Shown: in pieces, positions 35,229 through 44,673 of the stretch | How positions within the stretch are numbered: the first letter of the stretch is position 1 | Layout: each line of letters starts with the position of its first letter | Origin: an uncultured Ruminococcus sp. | GTDB taxonomy: Bacteria; Bacillota; Clostridia; Oscillospirales; CAG-382 | Direction of reading: 5' to 3' | Assembly: GCA_964530795.1 (NCBI GenBank) | Contig: CAZHBX010000006.1 | Coordinates: 512-64,511 of the forward strand | DNA length: 64,000 nt | Notes under the pieces: model-generated | The model's database searches: none | What the model saw: the letters and a program-made list of their open reading frames with translations, nothing else | Told to the model about the DNA's origin: nothing | Made by a program: the position numbers and the translations under genes

Positions 35229-37256
35229 TTATTGCTCCTGCAAACACCGGTCGATGGTCTGCTCAAGTATTTTCCGAGCTTGGTCCATGTCCAGCACCGG
35301 GACGTTGATTTTTTCCTGTTTTTCCTCATTCCAGACCAGCCGCATCAGCCGTGCGCCGGCGGACTGAAAATGCCCGCCCCCGCCGAGCGACTCGACGACG
35401 GGCAGAACGTTGTACGTCCCGTCCGATCGCGCGGACAGCGAAACCCCGTCCCCGCGCATGTACAGCACGAAGGACGCGCAGATTCCCTCGATGCCGACAA
35501 ACCGCTCCGCGCACTTCGATGCGAGCACGACGTTTCGCGCGTCAGGCTCCTCGCAATAGGAGATGATGAACTGGTCGCGGAAGCGGTAACGCCTGCGCTC
35601 GAAGCCCTCCATCATCTCGTACTCTTCCGGGGTGGTCTTGAACTTCATCTTCGCTTTAGCCGGGTCCGCGCCTGCTGAACGCAGGTAGGAACAAGCGTGG
35701 AAAGTGCGCGAACCGGTGTCGCGGGTGAAGAACTGCGTGTCAAGCAGAATGCCGAGCAGCATCAGCTGCGCTTCTTCCGTTCGCAGCAGGCCGTCCGGGA
35801 TAGCAAGCTCGAGCATTTCGCACACCAGCTCGGACGCGCTCGAGGCGTTCGGGTCGATGTTCATAGGCGTAAGAACGTTCTCCCCTAGGTGAGACGCGAG
35901 GGTGTGGTGGTCGATGACGATGACCCGGGGAGCCGTCTGGTAGAGGTCGTTTGAGAAGAACTGGTCCGGGTTGGACGCGTCAGTAATGACAAGAAGCGTA
36001 TCCGGGGTCATCAGGTCCATCGCGCGGCGGGTGTCGACGAACATCGTCTCGTATTCCGGGAATGGGGAGAGCATTTCGAACGCCCCGGCGATGATGCTTT
36101 CCTCCCGGTCGGTCACAATGTACACCGGCTTGCCGAGGAAGGTTACCAGCTTCGCCACCCCGACGTTGGACGCGATGGAATCGTAATCCGGGCGCAGATG
36201 CCCCATGACGAGTACGTTGCTGCTGACGCGGATCTGCTCCATAAGCAAATCGCGGCAGACGCGGGAGCGAATGCTGGTTTGCCGCTGAGCGGACCTGACC
36301 TTGCCGCCAAAGGTGATATAGCCGTTCCGTTCCTTGTCCTTAACGACCGCGATTGCCCCGCCGCGCTGCAGGGCCGTCCGCAGGGCGGTCTGCGCGCTCG
36401 CCTGCTTCTCCGCAAGTGAACCGGTCTCGTCCGAAACGCCGATGGAAATGGTCAGCGGGAGCTTGTTGTTCTCCGACGTCAGAGCGGAGATCTCGTCAAT
36501 GATAGAGAATTTGCTGTCTATCATCTCCTGTAAGCGGTCGTGGCTGAACAACAGCAGGAACTTGCCGTCCTCGTATTCGAGCAGCACCGCCTGCATATTC
36601 TTGGCCCATTCGGTCAGCGTCAGGCTGATCTTCGCTGACCCAAGGCGAAAAGTCTCGGCGGCGCTCTGGGAAAGCTCAGACGCATTATCCACCGCGATCA
36701 GCGCGAGCATTGGCGCATCGTCGCCGAGCATCTTGCGCAGCTTCGCTTCGTCCGTCACGTTCGTCCAAACGGTGGCGTAGTAGGTCTTGCTCTTCGTCGG
36801 AACGGCGAGGATGTGTACCCGGTAGGTCTCTCCCCCGGTTTCGAACTCGAAAAGGTCCTTCCCTTCCTCGCAGGCGTTTTCCAACTGTGAAAAGGAAAAG
36901 CGGTCGTCAAACAGTTTCTCCGTCGTGGACAACAGCAAGTGCGACGATACCTGCGGGAGTCCCTCGAAGCGCTTGTTCGCCCAGACGATTTTATTTCCGC
37001 TGCCGACGATAAGTACCGGGTCGTCGAACGACTTGAGTACGTTCACCAGCACCGCCGCCATATCCCCCGCCGCGTAGCGGTGCAGCCGGGGACCCTTTTC
37101 CGTCCGGCGGGCCAAGCAAAAGACGACATACAGCAGTGTCAGCGCGCTGAACAGCAGCCCGAGCGGAATGGAAAATCGAAACAGAACAAGCGACGACGCG
37201 ATCAGCAGCAGCAGCGCCGCCAAAACATCGATGAGCCGTTGCACCCCGTTTTTCAT
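35229..37256 (-). CDS. gdpP: cyclic-di-AMP phosphodiesterase GdpP (YybT type)
   Basis: Two N-terminal TM helices, a PAS-like region and a degenerate GGDEF region. DHH/DHHA1 motifs are HLRPDYDS, IDHH and GGGGH. Conserved gdpP-rplI-dnaB synteny. Confidence 0.85.
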   Translation of the reverse strand: MKNGVQRLIDVLAALLLLIASSLVLFRFSIPLGLLFSALTLLYVVFCLARRTEKGPRLHRYAAGDMAAVLVNVLKSFDDPVLIVGSGNKIVWANKRFEGLPQVSSHLLLSTTEKLFDDRFSFSQLENACEEGKDLFEFETGGETYRVHILAVPTKSKTYYATVWTNVTDEAKLRKMLGDDAPMLALIAVDNASELSQSAAETFRLGSAKISLTLTEWAKNMQAVLLEYEDGKFLLLFSHDRLQEMIDSKFSIIDEISALTSENNKLPLTISIGVSDETGSLAEKQASAQTALRTALQRGGAIAVVKDKERNGYITFGGKVRSAQRQTSIRSRVCRDLLMEQIRVSSNVLVMGHLRPDYDSIASNVGVAKLVTFLGKPVYIVTDREESIIAGAFEMLSPFPEYETMFVDTRRAMDLMTPDTLLVITDASNPDQFFSNDLYQTAPRVIVIDHHTLASHLGENVLTPMNIDPNASSASELVCEMLELAIPDGLLRTEEAQLMLLGILLDTQFFTRDTGSRTFHACSYLRSAGADPAKAKMKFKTTPEEYEMMEGFERRRYRFRDQFIISYCEEPDARNVVLASKCAERFVGIEGICASFVLYMRGDGVSLSARSDGTYNVLPVVESLGGGGHFQSAGARLMRLVWNEEKQEKINVPVLDMDQARKILEQTIDRCLQEQ

Positions 37257-37293
37257 ACGAAGAACCTTTCCTTTAATAAAGAGAATGTTTGAA

Positions 37294-37323
37294 CTACAGG
37301 ACAGTATACCACGAGCGCGGACG
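37294..37323 (-). promoter_or_regulatory. sigma-A-type promoter of the gdpP-rplI-dnaB cluster (TTGACA-18-TATACT, TGn-extended)
   Basis: The reverse complement reads cTTGACAgagcgtccgcgctcgtggTATACTg. Confidence 0.55.
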
Positions 37324-37340
37324 CTCTGTCAAGTCCGTTT

Positions 37341-39545
37341 TTATGTTTCATTTCCGCGTTCATACGGTACGCCGGCCGACGGGAGGTTCGCCTTCCGGTA
37401 CCGGGCGGGCCGCTCAAGCAGAAGCTGATTCGGGTCGTACGGCTCGGCGGAAAGCACGCTCTTACCCTTTTTGAGCGTAAACACAGAAGCTCCGGCGGAG
37501 GTGCGGGTCGTCTTTTCGACGATCTGCTCCTCTTTCACGAGCAGCGCGCGGCCGTCGTCCGTGACGAGGAAGTACTCCGGCGCGCTCCCGGAACGGAACA
37601 CCCCGACGGCGGGGCTGCCCCCGTAGAACGCCGCGGTCAGTTTGCGCCGGTTGGTCTTGGTCCGATAGCTTTCGAGCGGAATGCGCACCGCCTTGCCATT
37701 GGCGAAGAAGATGTTCAGGCTGCCCTCGTAGGATTTGAGCGGGAGCGCCGCGACGACGCGCTCGTTCGATTCGAACGAGAGGACGGCGGGCAGGTAGGTT
37801 CCGAGGGAGGATGCCTTGCATTCCTCGAAATCGCTCATACGGGACTTATACACCTGCGCAAGCGATGTGAAGAACAGCACCTCGCACCCGTTCGTGACCT
37901 CCTGCTTATACAGCAGAGAATCGTTCTCCTTGAATTTCTGCATGTCGCTTCCACGCAAAGACGCGGGGATGCACTTCTTAAAATACCCCTCCCTGCTGAG
38001 AAACAGCACGCACGGGTAGTCCTCGACCGGCTCGGACAGGTCGACCTCCTCCGTTCCGTCCGACTCGTAAAGCATGGTCTTCCGAGGAATCCCGTACTGT
38101 TCGGCGATTTTCGTTAGCTGCTTCGCGATAACCGTGCGGATGCGGCGGTCGCTGCCGATGAGCAGGTTCAACTCCTCGATGGCCTTTTCAAGGTTCTCGA
38201 TCTCGTCGATGCGATTGATGATATACTCCCGGTTCAGGTTGCGAAGCCGAATCTCCGCGACATATTCCGCCTGCGCTTGGTCAATGCCGAACCCGCTCAT
38301 CAGATTCGGGACGACCTCCTTTTCGCCTTCGGTCTCCCGAATGATGCGAACGGCCTTATCGATGTCGAGCAGAATCTCTTTGAGCCCGTAAAGCAGGTGG
38401 AGTTTGTCGCTTTTCTTGGTCAAATCGTAAATATAGGTTCTGCGCAGGCATTCCGTGCGGAACGCGAGCCACTCGTCGAGAATTTCTAACACCCCAAGCG
38501 TCTGCGGCACCCCGCCGACGAGAACATTAAAGTTGCAGGAGAAATTTTCCTCAAGGATGTGCTGCTTATTGAGTCGGGCGACCAGCTTCTCCGCGTCCGC
38601 CCCCCGCTTGAGGTCGATGGCGAGGCGTAAACCGCTGATGTCGATTTCGTCGCGAATATCGCTGATCTCCTTGATTTTTCCGCTCTTGACCTGTTCGACG
38701 ATGGCGCTCTTCATTTTTTCGACGGTAGTCGTGTACGGAATTTCCGTAATCTCGATGCGGTTCGCCTTCGCGTCATATGTGTACCGCGAACGCACCGCGA
38801 ACGATCCGCGACCGGTCCGATAGATTTCGCGCAGTTTGTCGCGCTGGTACAGCAAGATCCCGCCGGTCGAAAAATCCGGGCCCTTGAGCACGTCAAGCAG
38901 GTCGTCGAGGGTCATGTGCGGGTTCTTAATCAGCTGTACGGTCGCCTCGCACACTTCGCGCAGGTTGAACGAGCAGATCGTGCTTGTCATGCCAACGGCG
39001 ATGCCGTTGTTCGGGGAAACGAGGACGTTTGGAAAGCTGGTCGGCAGCAGGTTCGGCTCAGTGGTCGTGCCGTCGTAGTTCGGCACCATATCGACCGCAT
39101 CGCAGTCGATGCCGTCGAAAATCTCTTCGCTGATCTTGGCGAGCTTGCACTCCGTATAGCGGGAAGCGGCGCAAGCCATATCCGAATACTGCTTGCCAAA
39201 GCTGCCCTTGGATTCGATGAACGGGTGGAGCAGGGCTCCCTTACCGGTCGTCAGACGGACGAGCGTTTCGTAGATAGCAGCGTCACCGTGGGGGTTAAGC
39301 CCCATGGTCTGCCCGACGACCTTCGCGCTCTTGACTTTCGGCCCGTTCAGCAGACCCATCTTATACATCGTATAGAGCAGCTTGCGGTGGGCGGGCTTGA
39401 AGCCGTCGATCGCCGGAATCGCGCGGGACACGATGACGCTCATCGCGTAGGGCATATAGTTGCTTTCAAGCACCTCCGTGATGCGCACGTCCAACGGTTC
39501 GGCCGCCTGCACGGGCACGGGGGCCGGTTGTTTCTTTTTCGCCAT
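37341..39545 (-). CDS. parC: type IIA topoisomerase subunit A (ParC/GyrA family; topoisomerase IV-like second copy)
   Basis: YMPYAMSVIVSRAIPAIDGFKPAHRKLLY with the catalytic Tyr region (AASRYTE), followed by a beta-pinwheel C-terminus. ParC versus GyrA cannot be decided from sequence reading alone. Confidence 0.8.
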   Translation of the reverse strand: MAKKKQPAPVPVQAAEPLDVRITEVLESNYMPYAMSVIVSRAIPAIDGFKPAHRKLLYTMYKMGLLNGPKVKSAKVVGQTMGLNPHGDAAIYETLVRLTTGKGALLHPFIESKGSFGKQYSDMACAASRYTECKLAKISEEIFDGIDCDAVDMVPNYDGTTTEPNLLPTSFPNVLVSPNNGIAVGMTSTICSFNLREVCEATVQLIKNPHMTLDDLLDVLKGPDFSTGGILLYQRDKLREIYRTGRGSFAVRSRYTYDAKANRIEITEIPYTTTVEKMKSAIVEQVKSGKIKEISDIRDEIDISGLRLAIDLKRGADAEKLVARLNKQHILEENFSCNFNVLVGGVPQTLGVLEILDEWLAFRTECLRRTYIYDLTKKSDKLHLLYGLKEILLDIDKAVRIIRETEGEKEVVPNLMSGFGIDQAQAEYVAEIRLRNLNREYIINRIDEIENLEKAIEELNLLIGSDRRIRTVIAKQLTKIAEQYGIPRKTMLYESDGTEEVDLSEPVEDYPCVLFLSREGYFKKCIPASLRGSDMQKFKENDSLLYKQEVTNGCEVLFFTSLAQVYKSRMSDFEECKASSLGTYLPAVLSFESNERVVAALPLKSYEGSLNIFFANGKAVRIPLESYRTKTNRRKLTAAFYGGSPAVGVFRSGSAPEYFLVTDDGRALLVKEEQIVEKTTRTSAGASVFTLKKGKSVLSAEPYDPNQLLLERPARYRKANLPSAGVPYERGNET

Positions 39546-39564
39546 ACGTCACCTCACGCCGCCG

Positions 39565-41550
39565 TTAAAAATCGGCAAGTTCATAGTATTTCGCCCCGTA
39601 TGCGGCAATCATTTCCTTCCGGCCCGCTAAGTTGTCGCCGAGCAGCACATCAAACATCTCACCGGTCTTCTTTTCGTCCTCCGGCATGACCCGGATGAGA
39701 CGGCGGGTGGCGGGGTGCATGGTCGTGCGGGACATCATGTCCGGGTCGTTTTCGCCCAAACCCTTCGAGCGCTGGATGGTGTACTTCTGTCCTTCCAGCT
39801 TCGAAAGAATCGACTGCTTTTCGTTTTCGTCGTAGGCGAAGTAGGTTTCGTTCTTACAGGTGATTTCGTACAGCGGGGTTTCGGCGATATACACCCGTCC
39901 CTCACGGATGAGCGTCGGGAGCAGGCTGTAAAAGAGCGTCATGATTAGCGTGCGAATCTGGTAACCGTCGACGTCCGCGTCGGTGCAGATGATGATTTTA
40001 TTCCAGCGGAGAAGCCCGAGATCAAAGGTGGAAAGGTCCTTGCCCTTGTGCTCCTTCAGCTCCATCCCGCAGCCGATGACCTTGATCAAATCAAGGATGA
40101 TATCGTTCCTCATCACCTTGTCCGCCGAGGCCTTCAGGCAGTTAAGCGTCTTCCCGCGGACCGGGATAATCGCCTGAAACTCCGCGTCACGGGCGAGCTT
40201 GCAACTCGTCAGGGCGGAATCCCCTTCGACGATATACAGCTCGCACACCTCCGGGTCGCGCGAACGGCAGTTGACGAACTTTTCCACCGAGTTCGCGATG
40301 CTGTCGACCGGCTGGGTGAGTTTCTTTTTGATGTTCACCCGCATCTGATCGGCGGATTCCCGTGAGCGCTTGTTCACGAGGATCTGCTGGCAGACCTGAT
40401 CGGCAAGGGCGGGGTTCTCCGCGAAATACGCGTCAAGCGACTGCTTGAAGAACTCGGTCATCGCCTTGGTGATGAAAGCGTTGTTGATGGCCTTTTTGGT
40501 CTGGTTTTCGTAGGACGTGCGGGTGGAGAAGGAGTTGACGACCAACACGAGTGCGTTCTTGACGTCGTCGAACGTGATCTTTGACTCATTTTTCGTGTAC
40601 TTGCTCTTTTCGGAGCAGTATTTGTCCACCGCGTAGACGAACGCGGACCGAGTCGCCTTGTCCGGGCAGCCGCCATACTCGAGAAAGGAGGAATTATGGT
40701 AGTATTCCAGCAGGTTGACCTCGTTCGAAAAGCAGAAGGCGAACTCGATCTTCAGCTTATACTCCGGCATATCCTGCCGGTCGCGCCCGACCCGTTCGCA
40801 GTTGTACTTCTGCACCGGGGTCAGCCCCGCGTTCCCGACGATTTCCGCCATATAGTCGGCGATGCCGTTTTCGTAGCAGAACGTATGCGCCTCGCTCTCC
40901 CCCTCGCTGTTTTGCCAGACAAGGTTGAGCGTCAGCCCGGCATTGACGACCGCCTGCTTTCGCAGGGTGCGTAAAAAATATTCAAGGGGAATTTCGGTGT
41001 CCGTAAACACCTCCCGGTCGCTCTTCCAGCGCACGACCGTGCCGGTCCTGTTCTTCGGACAGTCGGTCTTTTCGAGTATGCCGACCGGTTCGCCGTGCGA
41101 AAATCGGATGGAATATTTCGTCCCCTTCTGGTAGGAGGTGACCTCCATGAATTCTGACGCGTACTGCGTCGCGCAGGCGCCAAGCCCGTTGAGCCCGAGC
41201 GAATACTCGTAAGCGCCGCCTTCGTCGTTTTCGTACTTTCCGCCCGCGTACAGTTCACAGTAGACCAGTTCCCAGTTATACCGCTGCTCCTTTTCGTTCC
41301 AGTCCAGCGGCACGCCCCGGCCGAAGTCCTCGACCGTCATGACCCGGTCGGCATCTACCGTGACATTAATGACCTTCCCAAACCCTTCCTTGAATTCGTC
41401 CACCGCGTTGGAAAGAATCTCAAAGAACGAGTGTTCGCACCCCTCCAGACCGTCCGAGCCGAAGATGACCGCCGGGCGCTTTCGTACCCGGTCCGCGCCG
41501 CGGAGCACGGAGATGCTCTGACTGCCGTATTCCTGCTTCTTTTTCACCAT
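39565..41550 (-). CDS. parE: type IIA topoisomerase subunit B (ParE/GyrB family)
   Basis: GHKL ATPase N-terminus (VRKRPAVIFGS..EILSNAVDE, GLNGLG). Toprim region has ELYIVEGDSA and ICTDADVDG. Confidence 0.8.
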   Translation of the reverse strand: MVKKKQEYGSQSISVLRGADRVRKRPAVIFGSDGLEGCEHSFFEILSNAVDEFKEGFGKVINVTVDADRVMTVEDFGRGVPLDWNEKEQRYNWELVYCELYAGGKYENDEGGAYEYSLGLNGLGACATQYASEFMEVTSYQKGTKYSIRFSHGEPVGILEKTDCPKNRTGTVVRWKSDREVFTDTEIPLEYFLRTLRKQAVVNAGLTLNLVWQNSEGESEAHTFCYENGIADYMAEIVGNAGLTPVQKYNCERVGRDRQDMPEYKLKIEFAFCFSNEVNLLEYYHNSSFLEYGGCPDKATRSAFVYAVDKYCSEKSKYTKNESKITFDDVKNALVLVVNSFSTRTSYENQTKKAINNAFITKAMTEFFKQSLDAYFAENPALADQVCQQILVNKRSRESADQMRVNIKKKLTQPVDSIANSVEKFVNCRSRDPEVCELYIVEGDSALTSCKLARDAEFQAIIPVRGKTLNCLKASADKVMRNDIILDLIKVIGCGMELKEHKGKDLSTFDLGLLRWNKIIICTDADVDGYQIRTLIMTLFYSLLPTLIREGRVYIAETPLYEITCKNETYFAYDENEKQSILSKLEGQKYTIQRSKGLGENDPDMMSRTTMHPATRRLIRVMPEDEKKTGEMFDVLLGDNLAGRKEMIAAYGAKYYELADF

Positions 41551-41574
41551 ATCCTCTTTCCTTTTCCCGTTTCC

Positions 41575-42579
41575 TCATCTGCGCGGGTCGTAGAATCCGA
41601 CCTTGCGGTAAACCTTCGCAAGCGTCTTGTTGGCGACGTATGAAGCGCGTTCCGCCCCTTCGACAAGGACCTGATTGAGGAACGCCTTGTCTGCCATGTA
41701 CCGTTCGTACTCCTTCTGAATCCCGGCGAATAGGTCCGCGACCGCTTCTCCGACCGCCAGTTTGAACATGCCATATCCCTTCCCGGTAAACTCCCGCTCG
41801 ATCTCCCCGTCGGTCTTGCCGGTCACGGCGGAATAGATGTTCATCAGATTGTTAATGCCGTATTTGCCTTCCGCGCGACGGATTTCACCATCGGAATCCG
41901 TCACCGCCCTGCGCACTTTCCGCAGGATGACGTCTTTCGGGTCCAGCACGAAGATCGTCCCGTCCCCGCTTTCGGACTTGCTCATCTTCTTCGTCGGGTC
42001 GGAGAGGGAGCGGATGCTCGCGCTGTTCTGCGTCGTAAGCGCCTCGGGGAGCCGGAAAGTCTCGCCGTAGACCCCGTTGAAACGATTGGCGATGTCCCGG
42101 GCGAGTTCGACGTGCTGCGTCTGATCCTTGCCGACCGGGACGCAGTCCGCTTGGTACAGCAGGATGTCCGCAGCCATGAGCACCGGGTAGGTGTATAGAC
42201 CGCCGTTGATATTATCCGCATGCCTGGCGGATTTATCCTTGAACTGTGTCATACGGTTCAGTTCGCCCATCATCGTGTAGCAGTCGAGCACCCACGCAAG
42301 CTGCGAATGCGCCGGGACCATGCTCTGCAAAAACAGCGTAATCTTCTCAGGATCAAGACCCGCGGCGAGATAGATGGCGGCGGTCTTCAGGCAGTTCTGC
42401 CGCAGCTCCGCCGGAACCTGTCGCACCGTGATTGTATGCAGGTCCGCAAGCATATAGTAGCACAGGAAATCATCCTGCATTTTCGTCCAATTGCGCAGAG
42501 CGCCGAGGTAATTTCCAAGGGTAAGCGTGCCGGATGGCTGGATGCCGGATAGGACGACTTTCTTTCTTGCTTCTTCCAT
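41575..42579 (-). CDS. trpS: tryptophan--tRNA ligase
   Basis: SGIQPSGTLTLGNYLGA (HIGH-equivalent region), KMSKS and the class Ic core. Confidence 0.95.
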   Translation of the reverse strand: MEEARKKVVLSGIQPSGTLTLGNYLGALRNWTKMQDDFLCYYMLADLHTITVRQVPAELRQNCLKTAAIYLAAGLDPEKITLFLQSMVPAHSQLAWVLDCYTMMGELNRMTQFKDKSARHADNINGGLYTYPVLMAADILLYQADCVPVGKDQTQHVELARDIANRFNGVYGETFRLPEALTTQNSASIRSLSDPTKKMSKSESGDGTIFVLDPKDVILRKVRRAVTDSDGEIRRAEGKYGINNLMNIYSAVTGKTDGEIEREFTGKGYGMFKLAVGEAVADLFAGIQKEYERYMADKAFLNQVLVEGAERASYVANKTLAKVYRKVGFYDPRR

Positions 42580-42652
42580 GGCGTTTGACCGTTCCTTCTT
42601 CCCGTCCTTCGCGAGAGTTTTTTGCTAAAATATCCGATGAATATATACGTTT

Positions 42653-42681
42653 ATTATAGCATAGAAGCGGATGGATTTCAA
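42653..42681 (-). promoter_or_regulatory. sigma-A-type promoter of trpS (TTGAAA-17-TATAAT, TGn-extended)
   Basis: The reverse complement reads aTTGAAAtccatccgcttctatgcTATAATaaa. It leaves a leader of only about 70 nt. Confidence 0.6.
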
Positions 42682-42994
42682 TAAATTTTTTGCAAAAAGT
42701 TCTTGATTTTCCAAAAAGGGAATCCAAATGGGCTTTTCAGAACCGTTTCGTCCTTTTCGGATCGCAAAACGAGGCCTTGCATATTTATTCATTTCTTTTT
42801 TCTTGCCTGTAATGTGCGCAAGTTTCCTCATACATACGGTCTTGAAAAAGTTTTGCACTGTGACACTTTTCCATAAGTATTCGCCAAGCAAACCACGTAA
42901 GACGGGCAAAAAGGAACCGCCCCCAATTGGGTCCAGTGTGAAAATGACGCTTTAACCGAGCACCTCGCCATAGACAGGCATAGACAGTTGAATA

Positions 42995-43303
42995 GTGTCA
43001 AGTCCGTGCAGGGATATTATAATAAAGGAGGTCAATCTGCCGGACACGCTTGTCGAAATCGACGCGAGCGCTTTCGAGAACTGCGATATGCTCTCCGGCA
43101 TTTCTCTTCCGAGGTTGCTCACCGCAATCGTCGGACCAAGTCACGTGTACGATCCGCTACCACGAGGGAGCAAAGGGATTTACCTCCCCGACGCGGAACG
43201 GGATCCCGACCGAGATTTGGTAAACGCTAACGCAAAAACATCCCGCCCCTGCCGAAACGCAGGAGACAGGAATTTTTTGCAAAAAATCTCTTTACTTTTC
43301 TGA
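42995..43303 (+). pseudogene. remnant of a BspA-type leucine-rich-repeat surface protein gene
   Basis: The translation contains one clear repeat, IKEVNLPDTLVEIDASAFENCDMLSGISLP, and then degenerates. There is no credible start, signal peptide or further repeats. Confidence 0.4.
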
Positions 43304-43319
43304 CAAACTGTTGTATAAT
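43291..43319 (+). promoter_or_regulatory. sigma-A-type promoter of the pduL operon (TTTACT-17-TATAAT)
   Basis: Hexamers at 43291-43296 and 43314-43319. Confidence 0.5.
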
Positions 43320-43352
43320 CGGGGGAGAGTCAAAAGGAAGGCAGGGATTTGT

Positions 43353-43922
43353 ATGAAAAAGATCGTCGTGGAAACCTCCGCGAGGCACGTCCACCTGACG
43401 CAGGAGGACTTGGAAGTCCTGCTCGGCCCGGGCAAGGAATTGACCGTCAAGAAGATGCTTTCCCAACCGGGACAGTTCGCGAGCAACGAACGGGTCAATC
43501 TCGTCGGCCCGAAAAGGTCGATCAACAACGTTCTGATTCTCGGGCCGGTTCGCAAGGAGACGCAGGTCGAAATTTCGCTCACCGACGCTCGCACGCTCGG
43601 CGTCACGGCGCCCATCCGGGAATCCGGCGACCTCACGGGCACCGAAGGCATTAAAATCGTCGGCCCCGCCGGCGAACTAGACATCGACCACGGTGTCATC
43701 GCCGCCAAGCGCCATTTGCACCTTGACACCGCAACGGCAAAGGAAATGGGGCTGAAGGACAAGCAGGTCGTCTCCGTTAAGGTTGAAGGCGAACGCGGTC
43801 TGACCTTCGGCGAGGTCGTCGTCCGCGTCAGCGACAAGTACGCTCCGGCGGTCCACCTTGACACGGACGAAGCAAACGCAGCTGGACTTTCCGGCGAGGT
43901 GTTCGGCGAAATTATCCCGTAA
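43353..43922 (+). CDS. pduL: phosphate acyltransferase, PduL type
   Basis: Two PduL repeats are visible (ETSARHVHLTQEDLEVLLG and IAAKRHLHLDTATAKEMGL). 189 aa from ATG 43353. Confidence 0.85.
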   Translation: MKKIVVETSARHVHLTQEDLEVLLGPGKELTVKKMLSQPGQFASNERVNLVGPKRSINNVLILGPVRKETQVEISLTDARTLGVTAPIRESGDLTGTEGIKIVGPAGELDIDHGVIAAKRHLHLDTATAKEMGLKDKQVVSVKVEGERGLTFGEVVVRVSDKYAPAVHLDTDEANAAGLSGEVFGEIIP

Positions 43923-43962
43923 AATAAAGAAAATAATAAAAGATTCCGAAAGGAGAAAAAAC

Positions 43963-44658
43963 ATGTTACAGTATTCCAGCGAAGTTGAACGGATGTGTCC
44001 GATCGCCAAAGGCCCGAAGCACGGACCCGCCCCCATCCCCGAGGAGGGGAAGTGGGTCAAGGCGTATGAAATCAAGGACATCTCCGGCTTTACCCACGGG
44101 ATTGGCTGGTGCGCTCCGCAGCAAGGCTGCTGCAAACTGTCCCTGAACATCAAGGAGGGCATCATCGAAGAAGCGCTGATCGAAACCATCGGCTGCTCCG
44201 GCATGACCCATTCCGCAGCGATGGCGGCGGAGATTCTGCAAGGGAAAACCATCCTTGAAGCGCTTAATACCGACCTCGTCTGCGATGCAATTAACGTCGC
44301 GATGCGCGAGCTGTTTCTGCAAATCGTCTACGGCCGTTCACAGACCGCTTTCTCGGAGGACGGTCTACCGATCGGCACTTCCCTCGACGACCTCGGCAAG
44401 GGGCTGCGTTCGCAGGTCGGCACGATCTTCGCGACCAACGCGAAGGGCGTGCGCTACCTCGAGATGGCGGAGGGCTATATCCTCAACCTCGCCGTCGATA
44501 AGGACGACCAGGTCATCGGTTACAAGTTCGTTCACCTCGGCAAGATGATGGATGCCATCCGCAACGGCGTTGCGCCGGCAGAAGCGTATGAAAAAAACGT
44601 CAAGACCTACGGCCGGTATGACGAAGCGGTCAAGTATATCGACCCAAGAAAGGAATAA
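43963..44658 (+). CDS. IscU/NifU-N-like Fe-S scaffold-related protein (231 aa, extended C-terminus)
   Basis: AGGAG RBS before ATG 43963. Cys-containing segments MCPIAKG, GWCAPQQGCCKL and ETIGCSGMTHSAAMAAEIL resemble the IscU fold. Confidence 0.6.
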   Translation: MLQYSSEVERMCPIAKGPKHGPAPIPEEGKWVKAYEIKDISGFTHGIGWCAPQQGCCKLSLNIKEGIIEEALIETIGCSGMTHSAAMAAEILQGKTILEALNTDLVCDAINVAMRELFLQIVYGRSQTAFSEDGLPIGTSLDDLGKGLRSQVGTIFATNAKGVRYLEMAEGYILNLAVDKDDQVIGYKFVHLGKMMDAIRNGVAPAEAYEKNVKTYGRYDEAVKYIDPRKE

Positions 44659-44673
44659 GGAGGCGAACGGAAC

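Noticed and set aside
42905-42935. A T-box-like sequence AATTGGGGGCGGTTCC (minus strand) upstream of trpS.
   Set aside because: It is only a partial match to AANNNGGGTGGTACCGCG. It lies more than 300 nt from the start codon and upstream of the identified trpS promoter, with no specifier or terminator architecture.
42728-42955. A 75-aa ORF with one TM helix and an AAGGGA RBS in the trpS-pduL spacer.
   Set aside because: It has no recognisable promoter or homology, and its AT-rich composition is consistent with non-coding DNA. It is mentioned under the island finding but not annotated as a gene.
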